Positions 37,875 to 50,528 of a stretch of 64,000 nucleotides of DNA are shown here, piece by piece. The number at the start of each line of letters is the position of its first letter. Position 1 is the first letter of the stretch. The stretch spans positions 308,715 to 372,714 of the forward strand of contig WELB01000022.1 in NCBI GenBank assembly GCA_009602725.1, read 5' to 3'. This DNA comes from Spirogloea muscicola. Lineage: Eukaryota. A program made the position numbers and the translations under genes. The notes under the pieces are model-generated. The model worked only from the letters and a program-made list of their open reading frames with translations. It had not been told where the DNA came from and made no database searches.

Positions 37875-39242
37875 ATGGGTAAGACGAGGGCTAAGAAAGG
37901 GCGGCGGAGGGCGGCGCAGCTCCCCGGCGAGCCCCAGGTGGCTGCGGACAAGGCGGCGGCGGTGGCGCCCACGACGGGGCGCGAGCGCAAGCGCCTGGCG
38001 GCGCAGCAGGCGCGCGGCCTGCGCGCGCAGGTCGTGGCGCTGCGCAAGGAGCGGTGCGCACCTCCACGCAGTGTCCATGGCTGCCGCTGCCGTCGTACCT
38101 GTCGTTCCTTCATTGCTGTCCCAACGGACGTGCTGGCTCTTCGCTGGTCTCTGCTCGACGAGCCTCTCTGATTCTCCCCTTGCCGAAGCCGTGTGGCTGA
38201 GCCCCGCCTTTGCTCTGCCGTCGGCTCTCCGGCGCAGGCTCAAGTACGGCAAGAAGGTGGCAGGCCAGAAGGAGGTGCGGAAGCAGTACTCACGACAGAT
38301 CAAGGCGCTGCTGGCTGTGGTGCGTGCTTGCGGGGCGCGTCACGCCAAGTCCTCCCTGGCCCTTAGTCTCAGAAACCGTTACCTTTGCTTGAGGGCCTCT
38401 TAGTCTCAGAAACTGTTGCCACTGCTTAGGGCTCGGGGCTTGGGTGCCAGGAGTCAGGGGGTCAAGAGAACGCGTTTGCTAAGGATGAGAGAATGTGTCC
38501 GGGCCTCTGATGGACCTGCTTCTCTTGTGCCTGCCTGCAAAGGCAGCTGGGCGCTGGGCTGCCGCGGTTGCAGAGCAGCTGGCTTGCACTCCCTTCCCTC
38601 CGTTATCACATTTGCAATCAGCATCAACTTTGCACGCCTGCGTGCAGGCCAAGGAGCAGCCTGCCGCCGGGTCCAAGGACGCGGCACCTGCGCACCTGCC
38701 AAGAGGTGAGGCAGCCATCCCATGTTTTGCAGATCTGCTGCTGCAAAGCGTAGCCTTTCAGAGTGGCGCACACAGGTCGGCAAAGCTCTCGCTGTCACTC
38801 TGCCTATTCCTTATGCTAGTTCAACACCGTTGTCTTGTTTGGTTTGGCTTGTCTCATGGCAGATGATTCTGTACAGTCGATGGAGGCAGTAGTGCTTGGT
38901 GACGAACCAGCCGCCCCAAGCAGTGAACACACTGAGGAGGAGCAAGAGGGAGTAATAGGGTCAGCTGAACCTTGCGGAAGCAACAGAGAGGAAGCATCAG
39001 CTCCAAACAGCCCTGACGTAGACGAAGGCATGGACGCCAGTTCCACCAAACGGCCGGCAGGTCGCCGAAGGCTAGCCAAGACGATGAAGCATCAGAAGGG
39101 CAAGCTGCAGACGGCTGTCTGGAAGCAGCTGGCAGTGTCGCTTCTCGGGCCTACTGGCCGTTCAGGAGCTGGAGTTTCTGGTAGAAGCAGCCACTCTAGA
39201 GGCAAGCAGAGAGTAAAAGTGAAGAGAGGGCTGTCAAGATGA
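37875..39242 (+). CDS. Small Lys/Arg-rich protein of unknown function (4 exons)
   Basis: GCCATGG start; exons MGKTRAKKGRR..LRKER | LKYGKK..ALLAV | AKEQ..PR | DDSVQ..KRGLSR* can be joined by GT-AG introns. Confidence 0.6.
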
Positions 39243-39914
39243 GGCTATTGGTGCAGGCGCGAATGGAGTACAAAGCTGGGAGTTGTTCCAGATGCGCGGT
39301 TGCAGTAAGTGCCACGGTCTGGCTTCTCCAGGTCCAGCTCATTTGCAGTAATATAAAGACTTCGTAACATTCTACAGCTTACCCAAGCTAAGGGCAACCG
39401 ATATACGACGAACTCGTGTTTTCCTACATCGTCATGGCTGACATTCCAGTACAATATTGTTAAGACCACAATCTCTGATCTCAAGCTACCACATATTGCC
39501 TTGACCAAGTAAAAGGCTTACTTCAGGAGGTTGGGAATCGCAATGACGAAGATTGACAGGGCGTAAAACCGAGTGCCATTGGAGGGTCGATATGGAGCAA
39601 AGCCTCCAGACACGATGTAGTGATGTAGCATGCAACGTTCTAGGCTTCATAGCACTGCGTTGGCAGCGAGTGTTGGTCCTGCAATGGCTGGACCCAGTAA
39701 TTCTGTATTCTGTGGTCACCAAAGCCTTGTGGCCTGTCACATTTCTGCTGCTACCCAATCAGGCCCACGACCTCTACATTGTCACAAAGTAGGTTCCAAG
39801 AGCTTGCGACCAAGTCAGGCCTACTGCCTTCCACTACCTTGTGCACAGAGGTGCAGAGAAGCTGAGGGGAGCCTGAGTGATTGTGTTTGACAAAGGAGAC
39901 TCAGCGGTGCCGTA

Positions 39915-40712
39915 TCAGTGATGCTTGTGGGCAGGGACGAAGCGCAACCCACAGTACTTGCACACAGCTGGTTCTGGGTTGTCCAGGCTGATGAACTCCA
40001 CAGGGTGGCCCAGAGCAGGATCCTTGCCTGCACGCATAACCACCCATGGAAATCAGTGACCAGACAGTCAGACTTTCTTAGGAGCTCAGAGCCTGAGGGC
40101 CACAGAAGATATGAGCTGCCGAGGTGTGGGAAGGGATGCTCTTGCCGCCATGCATTATTGCATAGGTTTCCGACTGGCTTGGGACAAAGCGACCAAGCAC
40201 AATAAGCTCGTGGCAGCAATGTGCACGAGCTCAGACGAGCATCCAGTCACAGCTGGAGCCAGGCACGATGGGCCAGCCTGACTTACGTAGGGTGTCAGAG
40301 AGCAGTGGGGACATGGTTGAACTTCAGTCAAGGGCAGCAGCAGGCGTCCAGACAGGAGGCTATGGACTCTCACCTCCATCACAGGTGGCGACGCGGCCTT
40401 CGACCTCGATGGGCGGAACTTGGGCAATCAGCTCCATGGGCGAGGGCAGGTTCAAGGACTGGCAGTCAAGGGGGCAAAATGGCACAGGCATGTCAGCAAG
40501 AGCGCGGGTGTTGGGTCCGCACGTGGAAGCCCGCAGCAGGTCTTATCAAGAAGGTTTCGAGGCGCTGTGGAGCGCAGGCGGCGGCTCACCTGCATCCACT
40601 TGGCGGTGTGGTCGACGCCCCCGGACACGGCCCGCGCGCCGCCGCCGGCACGCGNGAGGCCGGCGGCCCGCCGGGCAACCCCGACGCCGCGCGCCGCGGC
40701 GGCGCGGAACAT
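39915..40712 (-). CDS. NDUFS6: Complex I 13-kDa zinc-finger subunit (3 exons)
   Basis: Presequence + DHTAKWMQ | SPMELIAQVPPIEVEGRVATCDG | KDPALGHPVEFISLD..CKYCGLRF. Confidence 0.95.
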
Positions 40713-40893
40713 GGCCTCGGCGCGGCACCCACCACGCTTGGTGGCGCCTTGAAGACAGATGGTGGCTACTGATGCTGAGGAGAGAGCGGCTTGATGGCGC
40801 CGTGCCTCTGGCAGCGGTTGGGCTTCGGTCGGGCCTAGCATTCACGAGACGGACGGGTGCCGTCGGGCCCGAGGTGCTGGCCTCTCTCCGCCT

Positions 40894-41925
40894 TCGCCCA
40901 AGCTTCGGATAGAGGGGCACAATCCAGACTGGTTATGGCAGTGGAAGATGAGCGCCGCAAAAGCTTGAGGAGGCTGCCAGAGATTCACAACAATCCAAGG
41001 AGCCTGGCAAGACTTACTTCCCTCGCCACACCTGGAGCCACAGACTGGATCACCTCAAACGCCGTGGCCAGCGCCTTCAGCATCAGCTCCGAGGCCTTTC
41101 GGACGTTGCTTCAACTCTTCCTCGGCCTCCCACCTAACTGCCTGATTGGGGTGCGCCAGTGTGAGTGCGGCTTCCGTGCAGAGAGTGCTGAGCTTGCCAC
41201 TCACATGCTGCGATGCCCCACTGGACCAGAAGTGGTGGGCATCCACAACCTCCTCCATGATGCTCTGGCGGGTTTGATGCGCGACGCCGGGTACCGTGCG
41301 GTCGTGGAAGTGAACAACATCATGCCTATCACCACGGATGCCCAGGGACGTCATCATCGCCGCACACTTGACATTGTGGGCGTGCAACCTGGTGGAGGAC
41401 CAAGGGCTTTGGTCGATATTGTGGTTACGGAGGCCTATAAGGGTCCAGCATCGACACACATCGCTGGCCACGCAGTGGGCAGTGCTGAACAGAGAAATTT
41501 TCAGCACTACTCCGACTACCCCCGATGTGATCAGCTCTTGCCAGCGGCAATCGACATTTTTGGCTGCTTAAGTCCTCGTTTCCTTACTGTCCTTCAAAAC
41601 ATAGCCAATCTAGGCTACACACGACATGCAGATGTGTTCCCGGCTGAGATGGGCTTACCAGCTGCTTATCTGTCGTTGTTGCGACGACGAGTTTCGGCCT
41701 GTTTGCAGCGTGCTCAGGCTAATGCTTTGCACCAGAAAGCTGGGCGAGCTCTAGTTGGTGGCAGAAGGGCTCCGTATCTGCCATCTAGTATCCAGGCATC
41801 GGTTAGCGACCTTTATGTTTTGACCCGTGGTTTCTGAGCGGGTCAATCTACTGTAGGTTATGTAGGTCTTAAGATGTGCTTGCCTTTGTACTTGGCCATG
41901 TGGCCTTCGCTTGTTTCAAATACAC
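40894..41925 (+). mobile_element. Longest CRE fragment: uninterrupted ORF with CCHC knuckle and restriction-like endonuclease, plus 3'UTR
   Basis: ARLTSLA.PGA.DW, CECG-x10-H-x3-C, IHN, VE, RTLD, LVDIVVT, PAAIDIFG, RVSACLQRAQA; stop at 41837; no RT motifs. Confidence 0.9.
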
Positions 41926-41949
41926 GTAAATCCTCTGTCTTCGTCGCCC

Positions 41950-44470
41950 TTCTGCCGGAATGTCATGCGCACCGCGCGCCTTCTCTCCGCCTGAACAATG
42001 TATTGGCTTTAGTTGGCCTCCCCCTTATTTATTATGTAGCCTATCCAGGTCTACTTCCGATCTCGGAAGGATCGCAAGTACTCGGATCACCCGGTAGGCG
42101 ACGAGTTTGTCCCACTCGCCGTCGACGTACACGGCGCCTTTGGCGCCGAGTGGCTTGACCTACTTGACCGCCTTGCGCGGCGAGCAGCGGCCCGCCGCCA
42201 CGGGCAGCAGGGCGAGCAGCCTGGCTTCCATGTCGCCGGGTCCCCTCGCCCAAGTTTTTCCGGATGCGCCTGGCCGTCTCTTTGCAGCGGTCCCTAGCTT
42301 TTGCGGTCCACTTGCGCGCAGGCCGCGCTCTGGCGGCGGCCTCCAGCTTCCGTCAGGGCGACGTCTTTCCGCCTGCTAGCTATTCAGATTTGCATCTACT
42401 GACGAGAGGTTACTGAGAGTTCGCTTACTGCTGTCTCAGTCCTTAGCACTCCGACTCCTTCAGACCTTGTCCAGTCTTTTGGGCTGGCCTCTCCAAGCCA
42501 CCAGTTAATCTGGCCGCGCTTGCTCCCTTCCGCTCGTCGGAGGAGGCGGGCTACGCAGTCAGAGAAGTGGCTCTCCCAATGGGGGCAAGGGCTATGAAAA
42601 GCCAGCCCGAAACGAATCGACAGTCCGCCAAGCGGCGGGCGTCAAGGAACGGACATACTCGGATCTTTTCTTCTTTCTTCTTGAGCCGTATCCCTTCAGG
42701 GGAAGTAAAGAGAACAACAAGCACAAAAGAGAAACGAAGCAGCTACGAAGCACTCAGTAACCCCTGCTAAGCAGCCTCAGGTCAGAGAGACTGGGTTCCT
42801 GGAAGCGGGTCCCCTGGCCAGAGCCAGAGGCAGCAGCGAGGGCTCTGCCTGCACGCAGGTGCAGCGCGCGGGCCATAGACCTCTGCAGCGAGACGGCCAA
42901 GCGCATGCGGTACACCTGCGCTGCGACCCTGCTGCATGGGAATCCACCGCAGGGAGAGCCAATTCTTCTTCTTCAGCGGTCCATGGCCCACGCTTTGCAC
43001 CTGCGTGCTGGCCGTGCTCTCGCTGCCGTCTCTGGCTATCGTCAGGGGAATTGTTTTCCGCCAGCAAGTCTGTCGGATTTGAGGCTCGTCACTCGTTGTT
43101 ATTGAGGGATTCATCCACTTCTCTTTATCACCCAGTGGGAGACGAGTTTGTCCCACTTGCCGTCGACGTCCACGGAGCAAGTGGGATAAAATGGCTTGAC
43201 TTCACCACCTTGCGCGGCGTGCAGTGGCCCGCCGCCACGGGCAACAGAGCGAGCAGCCTGGCTTCAATGTCGCCGGGTACCTTGCTCAAGTCTTCCGGTT
43301 GCGCTTGGCCATTTCTTTGCAGCGGTCCCTTGCCTTCGCGGTTCACTTGCACGCAGGCCGCGCTTTGGCTGCGGCCTCCGGCTTCCGTTAGGGCGACGTC
43401 TATCAACCTGCTAGCTATCTGATTTGCATCTACTGACTAGAGATTACTGAGAGTCCCCTTGCTGCCGTCTTAGCACTTAGTACCTTGCTTTCTGCTCCAT
43501 CCGGCTCCTTCAAACTTTGTCCCACTCCTTTGGGCTGGCCTCTCACAGCCACCACTCGATTCGGTCGCGCTTTCTTTTCTTTGTTCTGCACTTCAATCTG
43601 CCTGAACAATGTATTGGCTTGAAGTGGCAACGCATGCATTCTATGCGCAGAGCGCGCCTTCTCTTTATATCTCAAGCACTCTCCGCGCCTTCTCTCTCTT
43701 CTCGCTTAGTCTCTCGCTCAGATTGCAGCGCTCGCAAGCCCTGGCTATTCACCAGCGTGCTGGGCGCGCTCTGAGTCAGGGCACCGGCTTCTTCGGCGGC
43801 GCCTCCGGCTGTACGTGCTTAGCTCACGCTTGGGTACCAACGTCACAATATTACCTTAGCCACCAAAGCATAGGGCTTCGATACAAGTAGCTCCAATTTT
43901 CTGCACTAGCTTTTGCCTGATCAATGTATTGGCTTGAATTGGCCACCCTTTCTTTCCATGCGCACCGCGCGCCTTCCCCCTCTCTCTTGACGACAGACAG
44001 TGTACTGGCTTGCTCTGGAAGAGCTGTATCTTTCTGACCTCCCTCTCATCCCGTGCGCATCGCACACCTTCCCTCCTCTCATTCTCTTCCTTACACAACG
44101 TACTGGCTTGCTCTGGTCTCCCTCTCCATTTATGCGCACCTTCTCCGACAATGACCTTTATCGGATCTCAGCAGCCGCTTGTCTCGCCTCACAGCCCTCA
44201 CCGCGCCAGGGCTTGCGAGGCCGACAAGGCAAATACCACCGGCCACAGGAAATGTCGTCGAGGATCAGCTGCTGCGGCGGCCGCCTGCTTGAACGAGAGA
44301 GCTCTTCCTAGAGGGAGCGACGGCTATGGAAGGCCAGCCCAAAAGCAAGGAAGTGAGCTCTTCCGAAGAGCTAAAAGAGTCCTATACTCCCAAAAAAAAA
44401 AGTCGTGTATTTGAAACAATCGAAGGCCAATAAGGCCAAGTACAAAGGCAAGCACATCTCATGACATAGC
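41950..44470. mobile_element. Dense mosaic of CRE 3' ends in both orientations
   Basis: ORF remnants and termini near 42085-42417 (+), 42755-42930 (-), 42975-43105 (+), 43125-43450 (+) and 43715-43835 (+); A-, B- and C-type tails through 44465. Confidence 0.85.
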
Positions 44471-44490
44471 AGCTAGCATCTAGCAGCTTC

Positions 44491-45760
44491 TGGAGCTGCT
44501 AGAGGAGTGGGGCAGCAGCAGTGGCAGGAGGAATGGAGGGGGGGGAAAAGAGGGCCGGAAGTGCCAACTGCGGCCTTGTCGATCTGTCCTGCTGGAGCTG
44601 CTAGAGGAGTGAGGCAGCAGTACTAGCAGGAGGGATGGCAGGGGGGGGAAGGAGGGCCAAAAGTGCCGATGAGGGCCTTGTCGACCTGGCCTGGCAGCAG
44701 AGGCAGGAGGAGGGTTGGCGGGGGGAGGAAGGAGGGCCGGCTGCTAGAGGAGTGAGGCAGCAGCAGTAGCAGGAGGAACGGAGGGGGGGGAGAAAGAGGG
44801 CCGGAAGTGCCAATTGGGGCCTTGTCGACCTGTCCTGCTGGGGCTGCTAGAGGAGGAGTGGGGCAGCAGCAGTAGCAGGAGGGATGGCCAGGGGGGGGAG
44901 GAGGCCNNNNNNNNNNNNNNNNNNNNNNNNNNNNNNNNNNNNNNNNNNNNNNNNNNNNNNNNNNNNNNNNNNNNNNNNNNNNNNNNNNNNNNNNNNNNNN
45001 NNNNNNNNNNNNNNNNNNNNNNNNNNNNNNNNNNNNNNNNNNNNNNNNNNNNNNNNNNNNNNNNNNNNNNNNNNNNNNNNNNNNNNNNNNNNNNNNNNNN
45101 NNNNNNNNNNNNNNNNNNNNNNNNNNNNNNNNNNNNNNNNNNNNNNNNNNNNNNNNNNNNNNNNNNNNNNNNNNNNNNNNNNNNNNNNNNNNNNNNNNNN
45201 NNNNNNNNNNNNNNNNNNNNNNNNNNNNNNNNNNNNNNNNNNNNNNNNNNNNNNNNNNNNNNNNNNNNNNNNNNNNNNNNNNNNNNNNNNNNNNNNNNNN
45301 NNNNNNNNNNNNNNNNNNNNNNNNNNNNNNNNNNNNNNNNNNNNNNNNNNNNNNNNNNNNNNNNNNNNNNNNNNNNNNNNNNNNNNNNNNNNNNNNNNNN
45401 NNNNNNNNNNNNNNNNNNNNNNNNNNNNNNNNNNNNNNNNNNNNNNNNNNNNNNNNNNNNNNNNNNNNNNNNNNNNNNNNNNNNNNNNNNNNNNNNNNNN
45501 NNNNNNNNNNNNNNNNNNGGAAGTGCCATTGAGGGCCTTGTCGGCCTGGCCTGCGTCCGCTTCAGGAGCTGCTAGAGGAGGGGAGCAGCAGCAGTGGCTG
45601 GAGGGATGGCGGGGGTGGGAAGGATGCCAGAAATGCCGATAGAGGCCTTGTCGACCCGTCCTGCGTCCGCTTCTGGGGCTGCTGGAGGAGTGGGAAGCAG
45701 CAGCTGTGGCAGGAGGGTAGCGGGGGTGGGAGGGAGGGTCGGCAGTGCCGGGGCAGCCAA
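44491..45760. repeat. G-rich degenerate minisatellite, about 100-145 bp units, spanning an assembly gap
   Basis: CTGCT(A/G)GAGGAG..GCAGCAG..GGAAGTGCC..GGCCTTGTCG units start near 44496, 44598, 44741, 44844, 45569 and 45679. Confidence 0.85.
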
Positions 45761-46210
45761 GAGCAGGGTGGCCGAAGGGACAGCACGAGCGAAGGTGACT
45801 TGGAAAGCTCGGCAGCCGGCAAGGCGCCCGGGGGTGGGAGGAGGGGCGGGGCTTGGCGCAGCCTTGAGCGGGTCGCCCAAGGGAGCGGCGGGGCCTGGCA
45901 CAGCGATGGCGGGGGCGCCGAGGGGGACTGGGGCCGCCGCCGTCGCCGTTGCCGGGCGCCACAACGGTCGGGGGCAGAAGAAAGGCCTGAGGAGGATGAC
46001 TGGTGGAGCTCGGCAGCCGGCAAGGCGGCGCCCGTGGGGGGCCCCGGAGCCTGGCACGGCCATGAGCGCGGCGGAGCGAGCGCGCCAGCCGGCGGCGGCA
46101 GGGAGCAATGCGGCCGCCGCCGTCGCCGCCGGCGGCGGCGACGGCGGCGGCGCGAGCGGCGGGCGCGGGCGCCCAACGGTCGGAAGCGGGCAAGGGCCGT
46201 CCCAAAGGAG

Positions 46211-46630
46211 AAAAGCGCGCCCACAGAAAAGAGGGGCTGGCCAAGCCAGCCCAAAAAAGAATGGACAATGTCCAAAGCCAAAGCAAGAGGAGCCGGAGAA
46301 AGGACTACACTACAACATACTGCAGAACACAGAAACGATGCAGAGGAAAGCTCAGTACCCACGAGTGAGCAACATCAGGTCATAGTAGCTCGCTGCAGGG
46401 AAAGAGGCGCTCCGCCGAGACCCAGAGGCGGCGGCCATAGCACGGCCTGCGCGCGTATGGACGGCGTGGGCGAGGGAGCGTTGAAGCGATACGGCCAGGC
46501 GCATGCGGAAGACTTGTGCGAGCGACCCGGCGGCGTTGAAGCCGGGCATCGCCCCTGGCAGACCCGGCCGCCGGTTAATGGACAACATCAGGTCTGAGTA
46601 GCTCGCTGCAGGGAAAGAGGCGCTCCGCCG
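46211..46630 (-). mobile_element. CRE 3' end with 10-bp TSD and an extra 48-bp internal segment at its 5' end
   Basis: TSD CCCAAAGGAG at 46201-46210 and 46631-46640; ORF MPGFNAAGSLAQVFRMRLAVSLQRSLA..DLMLLTRGY*. Confidence 0.87.
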
Positions 46631-47166
46631 CCCAAAGGAGCTCTTTCCAAAGAGTGGACAAGGTCCTTCTATTAGAGGTTTCCCTTGGTGATTCCTGCAG
46701 CCTCCTTGCGTGGAACAGCTCTTCCAGTGTTAGTAAGAGGCCAGCCCAAACGAATGAATGTCTGACGCCCCTCGTCACGCCAGGCGCTCTCTGTCTTTTG
46801 GCCGGGCGCCAGGCAAAGAAGCAGCTCATCCAAGGGGGCGAGGGCTGTAAAGGATCAGCCCACAAAAGAATGACAAAGGTCACCCCTGATTCCGCTGTTG
46901 CACCGGGCAGAAGCACCGATGTCCAATATCTGTGCCAACTCAGGCACAGGGTACTGCTTGGCTGTGGGTGACAGCCGCAATAGAGAGTGTACAGCCCCAG
47001 GACTGGGGCCTCAACGCCCAGGATCGGACGGAAATGCTATAGTAGTCTTAGAAGCAGTGGCGAGGAGCAGTCTTGGCAGGTCCGGGCCATTATGTCGAGT
47101 GATTGTCAAATTAGGCCCATGTTCAGGACCATGTTCATCAGGCTGCTGAGCAGCAAAGGTTACATC

Positions 47167-50100
47167 TCACAAAACATTGCGTGGTGGCCTAAGCTCGTGC
47201 GGCACACCTACCGCTAGGTCAGGCCTCTCCCTTATTTGCAAGGTGGCCGCGTCCGCAATGTGCGTCCGAGTTGGTGTCTCCATCCGGTAGCTGGGATCCG
47301 CCCGCTCGTATGACACCTCCCCAAAATTTTCGCAAGATAAGGTGGCTCCGTAGCACCACTCTCCTCTTGCATGGTCTCGGCGTGCTGTCAAGGAGCCATG
47401 GAATCACAAGCCCAGGCCGCCAGGCACAAGTGAGCACTTGAGGTTGGCTAATGAGCACTTTAGAGGTTGCCAGCTGCCAGAAATTAGGATCAAATGTGGC
47501 AACGGAAGACAAGCATTCCTGACAGAAGGCGAAAAGAAGAGCACAATCTCAGTACAGAATGATGCTTTTGGAAGAGAGAGAGCAAGACATAGACTACCTG
47601 CCAGCGCTAGCGTGAAGGAGGGCTGCCACCATGACTTCAGCGCTAGCACTGCTCCCGAGCTCCTGGTGCCCACTTTGCCCTGATTACAACAGGCAACTCA
47701 GTGCCTGACGAGCATCCACTCTGTGATGTGCCGCATACAGACTGGAGCTCAAAAGATCGCCAGCACTATCAGCCAAAGGACTGGGTACAAGCGTGTATTA
47801 CTTTGACCAAAGTGCCCTTGTTGGCTTGCCAGGATGCTGCCAGCTGTACTCCCGGCAGTGTGGTACACCCTAACGGCAAGACAGAAGGCGTGTCTGTCTC
47901 CAGGTCATGCGATATCTCCAAGCCCACATCAAGGTAATTGGTTATGCCAACGACACCTTCAACCTCAAATGGATTATGAACCTGTCAGCAGCAAATCAGA
48001 AGTGCTTATGTCAATCATTGGCCTGGCACAAAATGTTGACAAGATTGTCTACAAACAGAATTTTGACTTGATGCGTGGACTGGTAGCTGCACAAATGAGG
48101 TTACCTGACGTTGGACAATAAGGTGATGAAAGTAAGATGCCACAAGCTGCAGCAGAATCAAACAGGACATACTGAGAGCACCGTGAGTTCTTCACTTGAG
48201 CAGCCTGCCAGCAGTTTACTTCTTGAACAAATGCCAGCTTTCCCAATCATACCCAATCATGCTGTCATTGGACCACCAGCACATAGGACCATCTAATGAC
48301 ACTTGTGGGACCCTGACTACCCTTCATGCTAAATGTCCTGAAGAACAGCCAGAAGAAAGATAGGATTAAAGCCTACTCAATATAATGACGCCCAGAAACG
48401 ATACCTCTCAGTGTACTTGAAGATATGAAGTTGCAAGTAACCTACCGTGGCACCACGCTGAAGCTCAAAACTGAATTCAAAACCAGGTGTGAGGACCATG
48501 CGATTAGGCGTTCCGTAGCTTATGGCAAAGCTCCAGTGCCTAGGATCTCTGACGTTGAGCATGTCACCTGCAATGACGAACAAAAGCTGTACTCTGTTCT
48601 ATATAACTGTTGCAAATAATTGACCTCAGTGCTCTTCACCCGTGCGAGCCAGTGAAGCGAATCTCATCTATATATGGAATTGCTGATCTCTGCTCAGCAA
48701 GCCAGATTGGATGTGTATCATACCAATGGGGTGGAATTGGGCTCCAGCTGTCACACGATCATATCTTGACACCAGCCATGCCTTGCTTGGCATTGTCTCC
48801 GCTAAAGTATTGATGTAGGAGATGCAAACAGATCAAAGAAGGATAGTGTCGGTAGCAGCTAGATGATGCTGGACATCTACAAGGACATTCTCTGCAGGCA
48901 CTGCCCCTGCAGTGTCTAATTACGTGCATCATGCCTCAGACATCCACATGTACTGTTACAATGGAAGCTTTGGAGATATTTCAAGTACCTCCGTAGGGGC
49001 TGATAGATCCGCCTATTGACACCTGGCTTGTCCCATACCTAAGGCCTACAGCTCCAGTGGAGTCCAAGGGGTTATAGACTTGGTCACTGAGCAACACAAG
49101 TAAGGGCTCACGATTAGGTTTCAGATATTGGTCCACATTCCACCGATTTCGGAGGACAACTAAGTCTTGGATTGCACGAAGGCATGACTTACCTAGAGGA
49201 TGTAATAAGTACCTTGACTTTGCCAGCAATGGAAGGATGGCAAAACTTCCAAGACCAAGCTTGTCATTGAAGGAACACAATTGGACTTGAACGTGCCTGG
49301 TGCAGATTCAGACCGACAAGACATTGGGGTGAATGGACTTGCATCAGGCTGCTCTTACAGGATGTAGGATTGGTCAAACCGATCTGATGTATCTAAAAGA
49401 GGCATGTAACAGAGACATTGGAGGTATTATGTCAAGTGCTTTGGCACAACCAAACTGCTTTAACAGCTCTGCATGCCTCTGCAGCCTACCTTGTACTGAT
49501 TATAGGTCAGAATACGCACTTCTTTGGATCCGAAGAGATGCTCAACTCGCCAAAAGTGTCATAGTCATACTCATTCCTGTTCAGGTATACAATACAGCTA
49601 CCACAGCCGTTAATATATCTCTGAGTTCTGGATGGAAGATGCATGTGAGTGGCGTTAGTAAAAAGTTACACTGGAGACCACACACTCTGACTCATGTGAT
49701 TGCATACACTGTTTATGCTTGAAAAAACATGCTCGTTGAAGCATGTAGCCAGAATTGTTGGGAGAGTACCGTTGCCATCGGAAGGTAGCATCACCTTCAA
49801 TTTCTTCCACTGCTTGTCGCTTCACGCTGTATGGCACTTGTACCTGCACCATTGAAAGCTACTTGATGCTCAGAAGCGAAAGTCTGACACAATAAATAAG
49901 TGTGACTCTCATGTCAAGTAAGCAGCTCACTTGACCCACTTTTGCACATGCAAATCGAAGCTGCTGTTGATGTTTGAAGTGCCAAGTAGCTGAAGAGCAA
50001 CCACAACATGCTGCAGTGCTGGACTAAGGCTAGACCTTCTAGATAGATGAGATTGAAGGCCTCACAGTGCAATGATGGAGTCAGCGATGGTATAGTCAGT

Positions 50101-50528
50101 GCGCACCTCTGCTGTAATGTCCACTTGAGGATCATCGGGGGGCTGTAGCACAAGCCTGCCCACAAATGGTGCAGTGTCGGCAAAGTACATCTCCAGCAGC
50201 CGATGCCTGACCAGCTTGCTGAATTGCACGTCATATGCCGACTCCAACATCCTGGCCGTTTGCCACGAGCTGAAGTGTCAGCAAGTTCCTGCAGCTCTGC
50301 AAGACGTGCATGCTGTCGTCTCTGCAGCCGCTCCTTCTCAGCGCAGTTGAGTCAATGTTGGAGCTGTTGAGAAAACGCATTGCTCATGGATAGCATTGAC
50401 AGTGTAAGCAGGCTAGCGAGTGGGACGTACCGCGTCCTCATGTACAGGTTCCGGTCAAAGAGTGGAGGAACAAGGACGACTTTTGGCGGCGGCTCCTTGC
50501 CCTGGAGCGTCGACAGAAGGGCGCCCAT
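47167..50528 (-). CDS. OM47: Mitochondrial outer-membrane beta-barrel protein OM47-like (multi-exon)
   Basis: MGALL..KEPPPKVVLVPPLFD..RTR|MLESAYD..F.KL, PPDDPQVD, ATFRWQ, GLRYG, DPRHWSFAISYG..LTPGF, AASWQANK..GKVG, LKSWWQPSF, SYERADP..TP, ELRP. These match the plant At3g27930 family from recall. Confidence 0.88.

Noticed and set aside
40883..41992. Possible 11-bp TSD TCTCTCCGCCT around the longest CRE copy
   Set aside because: Low complexity and overlaps a neighbouring tail's own sequence; not counted.
44744..46385. Long ORFs across N runs and GC-rich repeats (also 23671-24351 and 33319-35564)
   Set aside because: Open only because Ns and high GC suppress stops; the only real part is the GEX1 exon.
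46900..50400. Lower-GC region with many short ORFs, considered as a decayed transposase
   Set aside because: The minus-strand exons assemble into OM47.
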